NCBI GenBank assembly: GCA_012026655.1
Contig: JAAILG010000150.1
Location: 62,001 to 126,000, forward strand
Direction of reading: 5' to 3'
DNA length: 64,000 bases
DNA from: Hydrolagus affinis
Lineage: Eukaryota
The notes beneath the pieces were generated by a model. It did no database searches, had not been told where the DNA came from, and saw only the letters and a program-made list of their open reading frames with translations. The translations under genes were made by a program, and so were the position numbers. Of this stretch, positions 23,261 through 37,520 are shown piece by piece; position 1 is the stretch's first letter, and every line of letters begins with the position of its first letter.

Positions 23261-25042
23261 TTCACAGAAATTCACCGTGAAGCGATCGGAAACATTTTAG
23301 TATTCTTTATTTATGTAATACAGTATGTCATTTTGATGTAAAATTGTAGGACAGTTTATATTGCTGAGGGCCAATAAATAGCTCACAGTTACTTTGCTAC
23401 AGTATTTCTGATCCAATTCGTAATATAGATTTAGATAAACCAGTATTTCAAAACAGCGGCCAAATCCATCCAATGTAACACTGAAAAAGTTTTTACAGTG
23501 AAGCAGTCCAGAATTGCTATTTTTTCTGCCTATGACGGAGTGGATTGTTGGTTCAAATCCCATTATGAGCAGTTATAAAGCTCAGTGAGTGTGAGTGCCT
23601 GCTTGTGTATGAGCCACTGATGCCACCAAGGCAGCCCAGCAGCATTGTATCTCTGGTCCTCTGTTTAGGGAATGGATAAGCCAGTTCTTGGACCAGATCA
23701 GACCTGGAGACCAAGTTCTCTTTCAAGATCCATTTCAGCCTGAAAAAATAAACCTTGGGGAGATACTCTGAGAGGGGACAACTGGGAAGAAAAATGGTCG
23801 GGGTGGGCGGTGGGGGGCGGCATGGTGAGTTTGGGGGGATGCGGGTGGTGGGGGGAAATAACTTAGTATTAATGCACTTTACATTGTAAACATGGACTAC
23901 TCTTAATTACTGATGAATGTCATGTTGCAATTCTCAGGAACTTTTACTTATTCTATAAGCAAATAGTCTGTTCATTCTACAGTAATATATCCTGACAAGC
24001 TATCCTGACAAGATGGTGATGCTGCAACGATACTGCGTGATATTTTGCATGGCCTTTTTTCAAAGTCGGCTCTGCCATGCTTCCCTTCACATAAAATTGC
24101 CTAAGCTGAAAGCACTTATCAAACAGATGGTGCTTACAGTGGAATAAGCGGAGGTCTGTCACCATGAATGCAGCCAGTCTGCATATTTAATCACTGCAGA
24201 ACCTTGTCTACCTGCAGCTGCCAACTGGTAATCCAATTTTACTGATAAATGTGGCAAGAGACATGAACTGCAATAAAGAGCATCTAACTCCATCTTCCTG
24301 CAGGGCGTCTTTTGATGAACATTTAGGATGGAAGCTGTAGTTAGTGGAGAGTGTGTTGTGTGGCCTGGATGTGTGGCAGCTGCACACATGCAAAATCCAC
24401 TCTCTTCTCGGGTTACTCACTTAATTCTGCAACTCTCATTATGTTGCTATTGATCTCAGAAGATGCTGCCTACACAGCATTACTTCAGATGAAGCAGAAT
24501 TAAGATAGTTACCACATCAATGCTGCTCAGAAGCCTTGAGATTTTCTCATTAATCTCTTGTGATTCTACTTATGAAACTATTAAATCTTAAGAAACTGGC
24601 CACTTCTACGTAGCAATGATAAAAGCAGTTAATGTTCTGTGAACCACCACAGGGTAGCTCATCCTCACTCTGTGAACATTTGTCTTCATGTGAAATAAAT
24701 ATCTTAACCTGACAATGGAAGAATGGACACATCCAAAACTTTCCCTTTAAAAAAAGATTTGCACCGTCCAGGGTATGTTTTACTTAGATGTCTCTCCTCT
24801 GTGACTCCAAAGAAAGCTTTGCTCTGATCAGCTTCATGAGGGACCAGTGAGGTTGTGTGAAACCAACAAGGAGGTTCACTAAAACTCACCCGAGCAAAGG
24901 AAGGTAAACCAAGAGGCAGGAAGTGAATCAGTTTCACTCTGCTCTGTATTCTAAAGATGAGGTACACAATCCTCATTTGTTATACCATCACAACAAAAGT
25001 CCTCAAGTTACAGTAGACTGGAGATGGAAATGGAGATATACT

Positions 25043-25283
25043 AATAATAATAATAAACCTTGCATTTGATATAGCGCTCTTCACGTCTTTGATTTGTCTC
25101 AAAACGCTTCACAGAAAATGCTATAAAGTGAATTGACTGTATATTTGTTGGCGAAACGCAGCAGCCCATTGCGCACAGCATTGTCCCACAAACAGTCGTG
25201 GATTGAAATGACCAATTTATTATAGATTTATTTTGGACGGACTATTATTAGGCGTGTATAGTAGGGAAACTTGCCCAAGGTTT
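25043..25283 (-). mobile_element. SINE family A (left member of a head-to-head pair)
   Basis: Reverse-complement body and tail; the head is missing. Confidence 0.88.
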
Positions 25284-25328
25284 ATGGAGAACGTGAGTAG
25301 ACGTGAGTAGTACAGATTCAATTATTTT

Positions 25329-25648
25329 GGAGCCCTGTAGCTCAGTGGTTAGAGAATCGCCTCACAAGCAAGAGACCCGGATTCAATTCCAGGCAGGGTG
25401 AACCCTTGGACAAGTCTCCTTTCTCCACGTGCCTGATAAATAATCTTCAAAACAAAACAATAATAAAATTGGTCATTTTAATCCACGACTGTTAGTGGGA
25501 CACTGCTGTGTGCAATTGGCTACCATGTCTCACCCACAAATATATAGTCCATTCATTTTACCATATATTCTTTGAAGCACTTTTAGACATCTAGAAGATA
25601 TAAAAAGCACTACATCTAATGCAAGGATTATTATTATTATTATTATTT
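25329..25648 (+). mobile_element. SINE family A, full length
   Basis: GGAGCCCTGTAGCTCAGTGGTTAGAG through GCAAGG(ATT)n. Confidence 0.92.
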
Positions 25649-26999
25649 ACAAGAGTGATGAATATGTTCAATAGATGACACTGAGAGGTGACAGAGGTAG
25701 ATTGTGTCAGCAAATTCAGGTGGAAAATAGATGGCAATGTGGTGAGGAATTTAACTGGGGAGCAATGGAGATGGGATAATGTGGTATTATTGTTATTATT
25801 TTGAAATATATTGCTTACTTTCCAGAGAGAATAGTCTTTTTCTGGTCCAGCAAATTCCTTTTGAGAATTTAAAATTCCTGTAGAAAGCTCCATGAGTTAG
25901 ATGTTGAGGTTCAGTTCAGACTGCAGCCTTTCCAATCTATTCACTGGAAACATCAAATCATGTGGTCAAAAAGTGTCCGTTCAGGGGTTTGAAAGAGGAG
26001 GAGGGAGGAATTAAAAGAGAATACTCACTTCTGGGCCTTATTTAAAAATCGAATTGGGGGAAACACTACACAATTCAATAGACAACTTATATAAAAAAAA
26101 GGAAAAGAAATCACAAACCCAAGTCCTGTAAAGGTCGATTTGCTTTTTTTTAACCTTTCACCAGATGTTGGGTGATCTTTCTCTGATAAAAAAAACAAGC
26201 TGAAAATTCAAAGCTGGATGTGATCACACATTGTAAGTCGCTTTTAGAAGAGTGATTTCCTATTTATGAGCAGATGTTCAATTCTTGTAACAATTTATGA
26301 AAGCACAGATTGTAGTCCAAGCAGGTGCCTGGCAGAGAGCATGAGCAATCATACTAGGATGTAGATACTCGTGATGAAGTGGCCAAAGCAGAAATGGTGT
26401 GGGCTCCAGCTTCCTCTTTTGACGAAAATAGAATACAATCCAATTCACTGGTTCCAATACAATCCAAAATATAATTCTCTACTATTCGCTATCTAAGCCT
26501 TAGATTCTAAGGTAATGTTGGTAAGTATTTTAAACCATGGTTGAAATAGACAAATTGGTTCTCTTGATGTAAGAAGGTTAGGCTTGGTGTGCCATATAAG
26601 ACATGAATAAACAGTTGTCGTTCATAGTTCCTCCACTATCTCTCCTTTTTGAACTGCCCAACAAATTTTCTCCAAGCTACTCAGACCTTTATCACACCTT
26701 TGTCCCAGCCAGACTAGACCATATGCATGGCCAACTTGCTGGACTCTCCAGATCCTGCCTACAATCCTCTTCGATGGTCCCATCAGTCATCCCAAATTCC
26801 CTCCTTTCCCTCCACCCTCCCCGATCCTGACTCCAGCTCAGCTTTGAAACATTGACTGTCCAGCACCTAAGGACGTCCTCCCGATGTGAAAGGTGCTATA
26901 CAAGGGCAATTTTGTTGTTGTTGTTGCACACAGGCTTCAGACCATCCAGAACCTTGCAGCTTGTATCCTCTCCTTTATAATGTTCTATGAACCTCTCAC

Positions 27000-27410
27000 C
27001 CACATTTGCAGGAGTTCACAGAGTTAGAGTGCGGAAAGGTCAGTGAGAGATTAAAATGCAAGAATCTTGAACTTGATCCACTGGTAGATGAGAGACAGTG
27101 GAGCTTGGTAAGGAAAGTTATCACCAGGATAACTGGCTTGTGAACCGGCTTGTGAGCTGGGCAGAAGTCAGACTGGAGGGGCTCAAGTGGGGGGTGGAGG
27201 AAAAGGTTTTGAGCAAAGTTTGGTGGCAAAAAGCATTCCAGGACTTTTGAGTGAAAGAGTAAGTGGGAAATGGCCCATAGTTTTTGAAATACCGTATAAG
27301 GGATCAAGGCTAATTTGTTTGAGGAGGGGGCTGATGACAGTGGTTTACAGGGGGAATGGGATGATGGCAGAGGAGAGATATCAGAAGGGAACAGTCAGCC
27401 TACAAACACA
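27000..27410 (-). mobile_element. L2 reverse-transcriptase fragment, degenerate
   Basis: ORF 26996..27307 contains ISHLLFHSKVLE and LEPLQSDFCPAH, matching the L2 motifs ISNLPFLSKVLE and LDPLQSGFRP.H. Confidence 0.75.
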
Positions 27411-27554
27411 TAACACTAAGGCTGCTTAGTCCACAGACGCAATGCAAAGGAGACTAACGAGGATGATCCCTGATATTAGGGGAATAAAATAATAATTATT
27501 ATAATGTTTGCAATATATTTTGTACCTTTCACTTTGGGAAGATATCTATAATGA

Positions 27555-28550
27555 TAATATAATAATCCTGGCATTTGATATTACGCCTTATAATAATAAA
27601 TAAGATAAAAATAATCCTTGCATTTGATATTGTGCTTTTCACATCTTCTAGACGTCGTTTTTGGAGGGATTATTATTAGGCATGTAGAGTAAGGAAACTT
27701 GCCCAAGGTTTCGCCCTGACTTGCCTGGATGCGAACACAGGTCTCAGGCTTGTAAGGCGAGTGTTCTAACCTCTGAGCAACAGGCCTTATCTCATCTTTG
27801 AGACCTTGCAAAGTGCTTCACAGAATATACTGTGAATGCAGTGCTGGGGTTTGTGCTGCAATGTTTGAGGTGTCATGTTTCGATGAGATGTTAAACTGAA
27901 GTCCCGTCAGACTGTCCAGGTGAATGTTCCAGATCCCATTGAACTATTGAAAAAGAGAAGGAAATTTCTCCTGATGTTCTGACAAATAATCCTCCAAATA
28001 AAGTGAATTGACTGCACTGTATATGTTCTAATAATAATAATCCTTGCATTTGACATCGCGCTTTTCATGTTTTGTAGACGTCTCAAAGCGCTTCACAGAA
28101 TATACTATAAAGTGAATTGACTCGATTTGTGGCCGAAATACGGCAGACAATTGCACACAGCAGTGTCCCACAAACAGTCGTGGTTTGAAAGGACCAATTA
28201 ATTCTAGTTTTTTTTTGAGGGATTATTATTAGGCGTGTGAAGTAAGGAAACTTGCTCAAGGTTTCGCGCTGCCTGGATTCAAACACAGGTCTCACGCTTG
28301 TAAAGTGAGTGCTCTAACCACCGAGCTACAGGACTCTACGTCCATGTTGTGGGCGAAACAGGCTGACCCTCCAATGCAGTGCTGAGGTTGTGCTGCAGAG
28401 TACAGAAGTTTGCCCACAAAACATACAGTCAATTCACTCTACAGTATATTCTGTGAAGTGCTTTGAGACATCTTGAAGATGTGATAAGGAGCTACATCAA
28501 ATGTAAGGATTGTAATTATTATTAGATCAATTGCAAGGATTATTATTAGC
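27555..28550. mobile_element. SINE cluster: family A (-) 27555-27785, Deu-domain fragment (+) ~27840-28000, family A full length (-) 28028-28337, family A 3' half (+) ~28410-28520
   Basis: Direct matches to the family A head and tail, and to GATGAGATGTTAAAC...AGATCCCAT of the Deu domain. Confidence 0.85.
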
Positions 28551-29169
28551 ATCATAGTTTAGTGTATTTAGATAAGGCTTATATATTTTAAAGAAAACAG
28601 ATACATTTCATGTGTAATGGAAATAGGTGACATATGTAAATAGTTAACCAGTGTTATTTATGTTATCATGTATTGCAATTCAAAAATAAATATATTCCCA
28701 CTGTAGGTTACTGCAGAGTGGCTCAAACATCACAGCTGGGTTTAATGGAGCTAGAATGCAATGGCGATGAGGATGGATGGATTCATGAAGGTGGGTCATA
28801 TTTGTCAACGGGTGGAATACCATCAATCTGAATACTACAGCCAGTAGGTGTACAGCAACCTTGTCCATTTGTCTTTTGTTGAATGTGATGGAAAAGCTAC
28901 AGCAAATCTCTACTGGTGATCAGATGCCTTCTCAACTATTGCCTTGTAACTTCTCAATTATTGCCTTATAAACCATTGACTACTGAAGGAAATAGTGAAA
29001 TGAAATAGAAAAAGACTGAATATTTTTGTTTCCATACAAAGTGGATTCTGTGAGGCGCTGTGTTATGTGCATTATCAGGTTCAGTCTCAAGACTCTTCTC
29101 TTCACCTGTGCCTTCAGTCAGCTCTCCTAACTCTCTGCTCTCCCTTATCCCAACTGTGCCCCCATCCCA

Positions 29170-29615
29170 CCCCCCCACCCAAGATGCTGAACAGTCAGGG
29201 GTTGGGATCCGAGCACGGGGAAAGGGCAGTGTGGGGGGGAGGGGAGGAAGAGAGGTGGGAGGATGGCAGAAGATACGATCGAAAAGGAGGGTCTTGAGAC
29301 CATCCTTGAAGGAGGCAGGGGAGGAAGTGGGGTGAAGGGTGGGGCAGAGAGGCTGAAAGTGCGGTCACCAATGGGTCGGGCGGGAGCATGGAGCAGACCG
29401 GAGCCCATTGAACGGAGGGGGCAGGAAGGTTGATAGGGAGTCAGGAGATTGGAGAGATAGGAGGCCATGCAAGGCCATGAATGGCCCTGAAAGTGAGGAC
29501 GAGGATCTTGAATTCGATCCTCTGGGGTGATGGGGAGCCAATGGAGCCGGGCAAGGGTAGGAGTGATGTGGTTGTGGAGTTTAGTGCGGGAGAGGACACG
29601 AGCTGCAGAGTTGAG
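29170..29615 (-). mobile_element. L2-clade LINE 3' region
   Basis: ORF 29145..29654 has NSAARVLSRTKLHNHITPTLARLHWLPI and PYQPSCPLRS...GDRTFS, characteristic of the L2 ORF2 C-terminus. Confidence 0.9.
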
Positions 29616-30954
29616 TTCTGGATGATCTTGAAGTAGAATAATTGATTTAAGCACCAGATGATGGGATCATGTCATTTGAGGAGTGTCAGACTAGTTAAAG
29701 TTCTGGTACTTTAACCCACAACCTCAGAGGTAAAAGTAGTACCATCTGTGCCAGGCTGATGCCTTATACAGAGATGGAATATTTCTGGAACAACATTTAT
29801 ATTATACAATACCCTTTTAATATTTTTGTTCTTTTAATTCTAACTATTTAGTATTAATTAATCAATTGCAAGTGATAATCCTTTTTCTAATCATCGCTCC
29901 CTTAATGAAAACAATTTTATAATAATTTGCTTACTTGACATATAATGAGCCACAGCTGCTCGAAGCTGTAGATGAATGGGGTTTTCATGGATATGTAAAT
30001 GAACCTTGACTGATGCCAAAATAATCAGCCTTAAATTGCTACACTGAGCAGTTGATAAAACATGCTGTGATATGACAATGGCATGTGTTATAGATATATC
30101 TTGTTTTTCCCAGTGTTCTTGCCAGCATTCCAACAGATAAAATTGATCATTCACATTAAAATTGGTTATGGAACATTGTTGTGTGCACATTTACAGTTCT
30201 TGCCATGTTCTTATAGAAACACATAATAACTATATATTAAAGTAAAATTGCATGATAGGCTTTGCAATGTTGGCATGATACCAAATGTAAGGATTAGTAT
30301 TGTTATCACATATATTCTTAAAGGTTTAAGACCAACGATAATTTTCCAGCAAACTAAAGTGCGCTTCATTTTAGTTCAATGAATTGTGTATATTGTACAA
30401 AATATATAGTCTATTCCAGTATTTTATGTAAAGCTCTTTGAGACGTCTCTAAAGCTCAATAAGGATTATTACTACAGTACTATTATTATAACTTGTGTTT
30501 ATACAGTGGAGTTAAATTTAGAAATTCTACATCTACTGAATATGAATTACGTGGATGTGCTAGAGATAGAGACTATCCTGTTTGCCATCCCTGGCCCCTC
30601 CTCTGAGCATTGTCCCATTTTCAATGCTAGCTGCCACAAGTCAACTTGTGCATTTAATTTCTGACTGAACCTTACAGGGAAGGGAGTAAGGCTTTTTACT
30701 AAAGAAAATACTCAGAGTAAAACAACAATTTCACCAATAAACTGTTGAATGCCGGTCATATGAATTGGTCCACTTTAGGTTGGCGGAAACGCTATATAGT
30801 ATTTAAGCAACACAATGTTGGTTCTCATGTTAGCATTAAGACTAAAGTCTTAAAATTTAAGAGTGCACCGAATTTTCAAAAAGTCTTAATTTAGAAGCAT
30901 GTTCCATGAAGTTCTTAGAAAGATCTTTGAATTTAAGAAAAAATACCAAATGAT

Positions 30955-31400
30955 GATAACCTGGCTAACTGAGTTGGAAAGTTCTGGATTCAAATCAGGG
31001 CTTAGAAATCATTTACATAGTCTAAGATGACAATTTAATGCAGTGCTGTACGTTTGAGTTGCCATCCTTCGGATCAGATCTCATATCCCTACTCATTCAA
31101 GTGAATATAAAAGATCCTGTGGCAATATTTGAAAAGAGAAGGGAGTTTCTTCCATATGTCCTGGCCCCTAAAACATAATTGTTCATTCAATTCAATTCAG
31201 CTGCAAATTGGCTGTCACACTTGCCCATAAAACAACAACAACTTGCTTTTAAATAGCACCCTTCACTTGGAGTGGTGTCTCAGAGTGCTAACCACACTCA
31301 GAAGACTTTATATTGTGAAGTATATCCCATGAAGCACTTTGGGATGTCCTTGTCATATGAAAGGCGCTAACCCAAATGTAAGGATTACCATATTATCATA
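30955..31400 (+). mobile_element. Deu-domain SINE, degenerate
   Basis: GCCATCCTTCGGAT...TAAAAGATCCTGTGGCAATATTTGAAAAGAGAAGGGAGTTTC...GTCCTGGCC plus the shared tail. Confidence 0.7.
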
Positions 31401-34349
31401 TTTACAACAAAACTAAATTACATTTGTATCGTGCCTTTCAAGTCAGTAAATGTGAGAAATGTGAAATTTTCAGTCCTCAGAGAAAATGTCAACTATCTCA
31501 CAACGTGGGAGTTCTGCAATCTGCTATGCTTGACACTGAGGAACAAAGGAACAAAGTACATAGACCTGTTCCGCACTGCACTATGGTGTGCATTGTATTT
31601 GGAAGAAATTGGAAATAGAGATGACACACTACAGCAATTCATTATGAAATTTATTTTCCAAGATGAAACAGAACATTTAATTCATCTCAAGAATTCACGC
31701 AGAATGGATTTAATTTTATGAGTTAAATTTCCATCTCCTTGCAGCAAATATGTATTTTAACCTGGAAAAAGGAGTCTGAGTGCCAATTTAACAATTTGTA
31801 TCTGTATCCACTGCCAAGCTCATCTCTTATTGGAAAAAATCGCAACATGAGACTCACAAGCCTAATTAAGTACAATACCATACATGTTGCAAGATGGTTC
31901 TTGAACTAAAACCAAATGATTTCTAAAGTAAAGACCAATTAATGTAGAACTAATGATGCTTCTTAGGGTAGATTTTAATTCTCTAACCACTCCAAAGAGC
32001 ACTGTTTATGCAAAAACAGACAACCAGTTTATTAAATAGCTGCTAAAAATTATGTGGAAGTAGAATGTGCCACAGATTTTTGTGGTAAAGTAGTTTGGTG
32101 TGAAGATATTTTATGTAATTGAGTCTTTCTGAGCATCGGTTCTGATCACTGAAGCTAGCTTTTAGGTCACAAGCAAACAAACCAAGCTGTATTTAACTCT
32201 ATAGACCACTGGAATCGCAATAAAATAGGCATTTGTTCCACTGGAATTCATAATTCAATACAATATCATTAATTAATGTCCGCTAAAATTTAAAGGGCTT
32301 CACACAGAGCTGGAGATAAACCATGCATCCTGTGTCTGTGTGTATCTGAAATTGAATTGGAATGACCTTCAATGACATAACACCCGTTTCACATTAGTGA
32401 GGTATAAAAGGTCCATTCAATACACATCTCATGTGTTAAACATTGTGTTGGGAACCTTGGGTTCCCAACAAGCAGCATCAGCTTTGACATGTCCTCCAGA
32501 TGGGAACAGCGCTATATACATGTAAACATTGTCATCTATTCTTCCCAGTCAAGATTAGATCTAATTTACTATTAATATTTTCCACACTATCCATCTTCAC
32601 AAGCAAACTGTTTCACCAGTTAATTGCCTGCTGCTTAAATCAGTTAAATCTACACAGTCAATTTCCAATCACTCTTTGAGTTTGAGCCGCCCGTTCATCT
32701 TGTTGAGTAAGGTGATGCAGTCCAACCTGTTCGTATTCATTCAGATCTGGAAAACTCCTACAAGATCACCCATCATTTATCCATTCTCATATGCAAACTT
32801 TTTCAATTTAATAATAATTGTAATAATCCTTGCATTTTATATATATCTTACATCTTCTAGATGTCTCAAAGTGATTCACAGAATATACTGTACAGTGAAT
32901 TGACTATATGTTTTGTGGGCAAACTTCTGTACTCTGTCCTCATAGCTCAGATGCCCAATTCCATGGATTTGTTTACTTGTCCTTTGGTTTCTCTCCAATA
33001 TCGAGCAGCCAAAGGAACCAAGGAAACTTATGAATGTGAAGCAATGAAATGAAACTGTACAAATCTAGAATGTTTCGTTAGTCATTTTAACAATCAGGAG
33101 AGGTCATGCAACAACCACCATTAAACTGTGTTCCTGTAGGTATTGTAAAAGAACAGGACAATCCAATTAAAAGAATTCACCAAGATCAATAAACAGGTAG
33201 AACAGACTCTGGGCTGAATTGCCTCCTTCCTGTTTTCCTACATTCCTAATCATGGAAGTTACACAGTGCAGGGGATATACTGAAAATGGAAAATATTCAT
33301 CTTTAAAAAAGGGAAAACTAGCAGAATATTTAAAAGATTTTGAACAAAAAGGAATGTGAAAAAAGTACCAATGTCAGGCATGATAGGGCAACTGGACAGT
33401 TTCTATGCATAACTTTCCATAATAAAAACATATGTTCTGTAATAAGCAGAAGTAAATCAAAGGTAAGCATTACCAATAAGAAAAATATCTACACTGTTTC
33501 TTTAATAAATCCAAATTCATCAATGCTGTTCTTTGGGAATGATGTAGGCTATAAATATTTGTCTATAAGGGTCACCATATTAATAAATTATGTCAATTAA
33601 ACTTTACAATTTTAATTTGCATATGAGTTCAATTACAAACGAGACTTCTCCAAATAATGTTGATCTGTAAAATCAGTGTGATGAAATATGGAGGATATAA
33701 TTGGTATGCAGGTAGTGACACATGAATGTATTTAACTAAGTAAAACTAACCTCCATTTACAAATTAGATTAATTACTAAAAACTTTCCCCAATTCAAGAA
33801 ACTGTTAACTCATGTTTATGACATTTTGTCAGTTGAGCTGATTTTAGCTGAACTATCTAAGGGAAAAGAGAAGTCCAGTACACACTGGACTATAAGTGAA
33901 ATGTACCTTTGATACATCGCTCTCCTGGAATTCTATAGGAAAAAATAAATTACACAAGTGGGAATCTGCTGTTGATTTCTATGTATTTGTGATTGGAATA
34001 TATATTGCTCTGGTCAGGCTGTACCTATTCTGCGTACAGCACTGGTCCCTGCAACAGAAGGCCCTAAATAATAATAATAAATTGGTCATTGCAATCCACG
34101 ACTGTTTGTAGGACACTGCTGTGCACAATTGGCTGCTGTGTTTAGCCCAGAAACATAAGTGCTTTGAGGCGTTGAGAAGATGTGAAAATTGCTATATTAA
34201 ATGCAAGAGTTTTTAATATATTATTATTATGAATGGAGTGAAGAACTCGAACATTGCCTGAGAAGGTTTGAAGGGCTCTCTGGACATTCTTGTGTCTATT
34301 CGAGGGCAGTAAGGTCTGAACGCCGGTTATCTCTGTGGTTTTATCCTGT

Positions 34350-34592
34350 TAAATTCCAACAGTACTCAAACTCATACACTGGGGTACCAAAACTTTGCAG
34401 ATGGGGATCTGGGTCTGATACTCTCTGAATTAGATTAGCAGAATGTGTCCCACCAGGAAGAAAGTGCGCACTCAATCTCAACACTTGGGAATTTCCATGT
34501 GTAGGTAGGTTGGATGGATGGAACTCCAGTTTTGTTCAGATGATCTTAAGGAAGGTGATGGGTTTCCACATATGTCAGATACGTGGCTGATT
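34350..34592 (-). repeat. Repeat family B, 5' part
   Basis: The reverse complement begins TCAGCCACGTATCTGACATATGTGGAAACCCATCACC. Confidence 0.75.
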
Positions 34593-35444
34593 AAAGTAAA
34601 ATAATTCTTATCCAGTAGGAGTTACTGGAAAGTGATCAGAGTTTAACTGGGTGAAAGAAATTCTCCACTACATGGAGATCAGCAATAGAGACCCAATAAA
34701 CCAACTTCATGCTTCATGTTAGAAGTAATTGGCCTTCAATAAGTTTTTTATAAATGTTCCTCACCCTGTATATGCTTCTTCAAGAGGAGCGATTCCTCAG
34801 ATTTACTCTAGCAGACTGCATGTGCTGATATGGATCCTTTAATTGTAGTTAAAGTCTATATGTAGCATAGGTATTCTCCTGTTGCACCATCTCAATGTGG
34901 CATAGACAACGGGAAGCATTGCTTTAGGCTTAATTAATTTAGGTAATTAGCAGCTAAAATTAGTTACCAAGGGGCAGTTGAGGCCAGTACAAAGGGGCTT
35001 ATTCTGGAAGGATGAGATTCATGGACCATCCAAAACTATCTCACGGCTGACACTAAATGCACCTATAAACAGAATTAATTATCTGTATCTACTGATTTGT
35101 TCAATAGTTTTCTGGATACCAACCAAAATTCAGGCCTCCCTTCACCATACAACACTAAATTCCTATATAAGCTTTCCAAATCTGCACTGACTAAGCAATG
35201 AGTGTTACAAGGCTAATCTTTCAGTAGCACTCTGCACAAGCAAACATTATTATTTTTATTATACTGTCAACAGCAGTGATAGGATTGATTAGCAGTTTAT
35301 AGTATGTCAATCTCATGGTTAAATCTGACCTTTTGGGCCTTACAATGCCACCACTTAATACATCAACTGCCTGAATGAAAACACATCCCTTTAACTTTGA
35401 AGGTTGATGTTGTACTTGATTTACATAAATGAAGTTTATTGCAG

Positions 35445-35700
35445 TTACTTGCGGCATCCTCACTCTCGCCTCTGGGCAGAAGGTTGTGAGTTCAACCTCA
35501 CGTTGGGACACTCCAGTACTGGGGGAATACTGTGTTGTTGGAAATGCTATCTTTCTAATGAAATGTTAAACCAAGGTCTCGTCTGCCAGTCCACGTGGAT
35601 GTTAAAGATCCTGGATATTGGAAAGGTGCAGGTAGTTTCTATGTGTTTTGGTCCACAGTGCTTCACTTAAATTGATCATTCACGTCATGTTTGTGCAAAC
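35445..35700 (+). mobile_element. Deu-domain SINE, degenerate
   Basis: CACTCTCGCCTCTGGGCAGAAGGTTGTGAGTTCAA head; ATGAAATGTTAAACCAAGGTCTCGTCTGCC...GTGGATGTTAAAGATCC. Confidence 0.72.
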
Positions 35701-36989
35701 TCGTGGTGAATAAATACAATTTGCCTACGGATATTGTCAATACACTTGTCAGCATGCTGATGTGCTTTTTGACATTCCAATGCTGTTGGTGCTGTGTCAA
35801 GTGCAAAGAATATTGATATTTATTATGCCCCAAATTTACGCGATCATTATGTGTTATTGTTGGCTGGACCATTGGCCATTGTCCACAATCTGCATGCATG
35901 ATGTTTCACCCTCCCTGACTCTCAAGGGAGATACTTGATGAATGTAAGGGAAAGAGAATTGTTACTATTAATAAAATGATTCAAATTAACATATTATGTG
36001 TAAGAATTTCCATGCAGCACCGGTAAATCCTCATCTGGAAATAAATTACATTAATTTGTCTGAGATCCCACAAGTGGGTAAGTCCTTGGGTGCACATTGT
36101 GAATGATTGACAAACCACTCCATAAACTCAGAATTTTGTACAGATCTCACTTATTCAATTACACAAACTACACTGTTTAATGCATTCCCATGAAAATGAG
36201 AGCTGAACATCATCGTTTACGACAGCATAATTTTCATCAATACCCGTGAATTAAATTGATAAAAGTGTGTGGAATGCTGTTCTAATAAACACGAAAAAAA
36301 GGAAAAAGTCTTAGAAAATTATCCTCTTCATGTATAAGCCCGAGGCACTCTGCTGTGATAAACCATTATCTTTCCAAATGTGACAGCTGAACTTTTCTGT
36401 CTTACCCAAATCTAACAGAAGTACAATGTTGAGTCAGTGCCGTGCAGCATGTTGTGAGTCACCTTGGGTCAGGCAAATGCAAATAATCATCAATACTCAC
36501 GTAAATTGCTCACTTTAGTCCATCCAAATAAACAGGCAAAACCAATGGCATTTGTATCCGATTCACTATCCAGCCAGGTACAGTGAACGGTACAGTTTCA
36601 TGTTGTCAGTAGAGTGTACACACTAGGCTCACAGTGTGGTCCTGAAGCGTGAATCAAAGAGAATCGATCTTAAGCGGGTTCTTTAAAATTCCGTACAGTA
36701 GGTAACGACAATGCCAAGAATATGAACAAAGGATGAAATAGAATCTTTAATTGACTCACGTAAGCCTCATATGAACAAACGGTATAGGGCAAACTAAATT
36801 CAATAGGAAGGCTCAATTTTCTTTATTCAGTAACCTCAATGACTGGAATTCCCTTGGGAATATTTATATTTGTTCTTATTTTCCCTTGCCCTACTCTTTT
36901 CTTGGATGCTGAATGCAAAGCTGTTATCCTGAGGAATAAAAATGGAGGCATACAACAAGTTGCACTTATACAGAGCCCTTCACATAGGA

Positions 36990-37520
36990 TTAGTGCCTTG
37001 CAGTGCCTTGGCTGAAGGTGATGGTGGAGCAGAGGGTGCTAGGGATGTGCAGAAGGCGAGAGCCAGCCAAACAAAGAGGGCAAGAAGAGGAGTGGGGTGT
37101 CAGCAGGTCAGAGAGACAGGGAAGTGCCAGGGTTTGCAGTCATTTATATGTGAGTGTGAGGATCTTGAAATTGATCTATTCCATGACAGGAAGGCAATGG
37201 TGCCTGTCAAGGACTGGTGTTATGATGGGGGTAAGAGTAAGGATACAGGCAGCGGAGTTCTGAATCATTGGACTTTGTCACTGTTGGAGCTGGAGAGGCT
37301 GGTGAGGAATGCATTGGAGAAATCAAGACAGGGTTGTTGGGTAAAGAAAACATAGTGGTCAGAGGCAGGCAGTGTGGTAGACATGGAGGAAGGGACTGGG
37401 TGCTTGTAGGAAGATAATAACTGTGAATCGAGTCAGATGTCTAGGTTGCACACAATTTCAGTGAGTTTGGTGGATAGGCTGGGGAGGTTAAAGAGCATCA
37501 CCAGGAGAGGTGGTCACACA
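36990..37520 (-). mobile_element. L2 LINE fragment, degenerate
   Basis: Purine-rich. GTGAGGATCTTGAAATTGAT and GCAGCGGAGTTCTGAAT parallel the L2 at 29170-29615. Confidence 0.7.

Noticed and set aside
23795-23856. G-rich tract with G-quadruplex potential
   Set aside because: Low-complexity tract with no supporting context.
24030-24830. Possible exon 17/18 remnants (AGGAAGATG..TTAGATGCT..CAGTTCATG; FFGVTEERHLS..RCKSFF)
   Set aside because: Suggestive, but the candidates are mutually inconsistent in order; a frameshift-aware alignment is needed.
29145-29654. 169-aa ORF, the longest in the track
   Set aside because: It is a frameshifted L2 ORF2 remnant, not a host gene.
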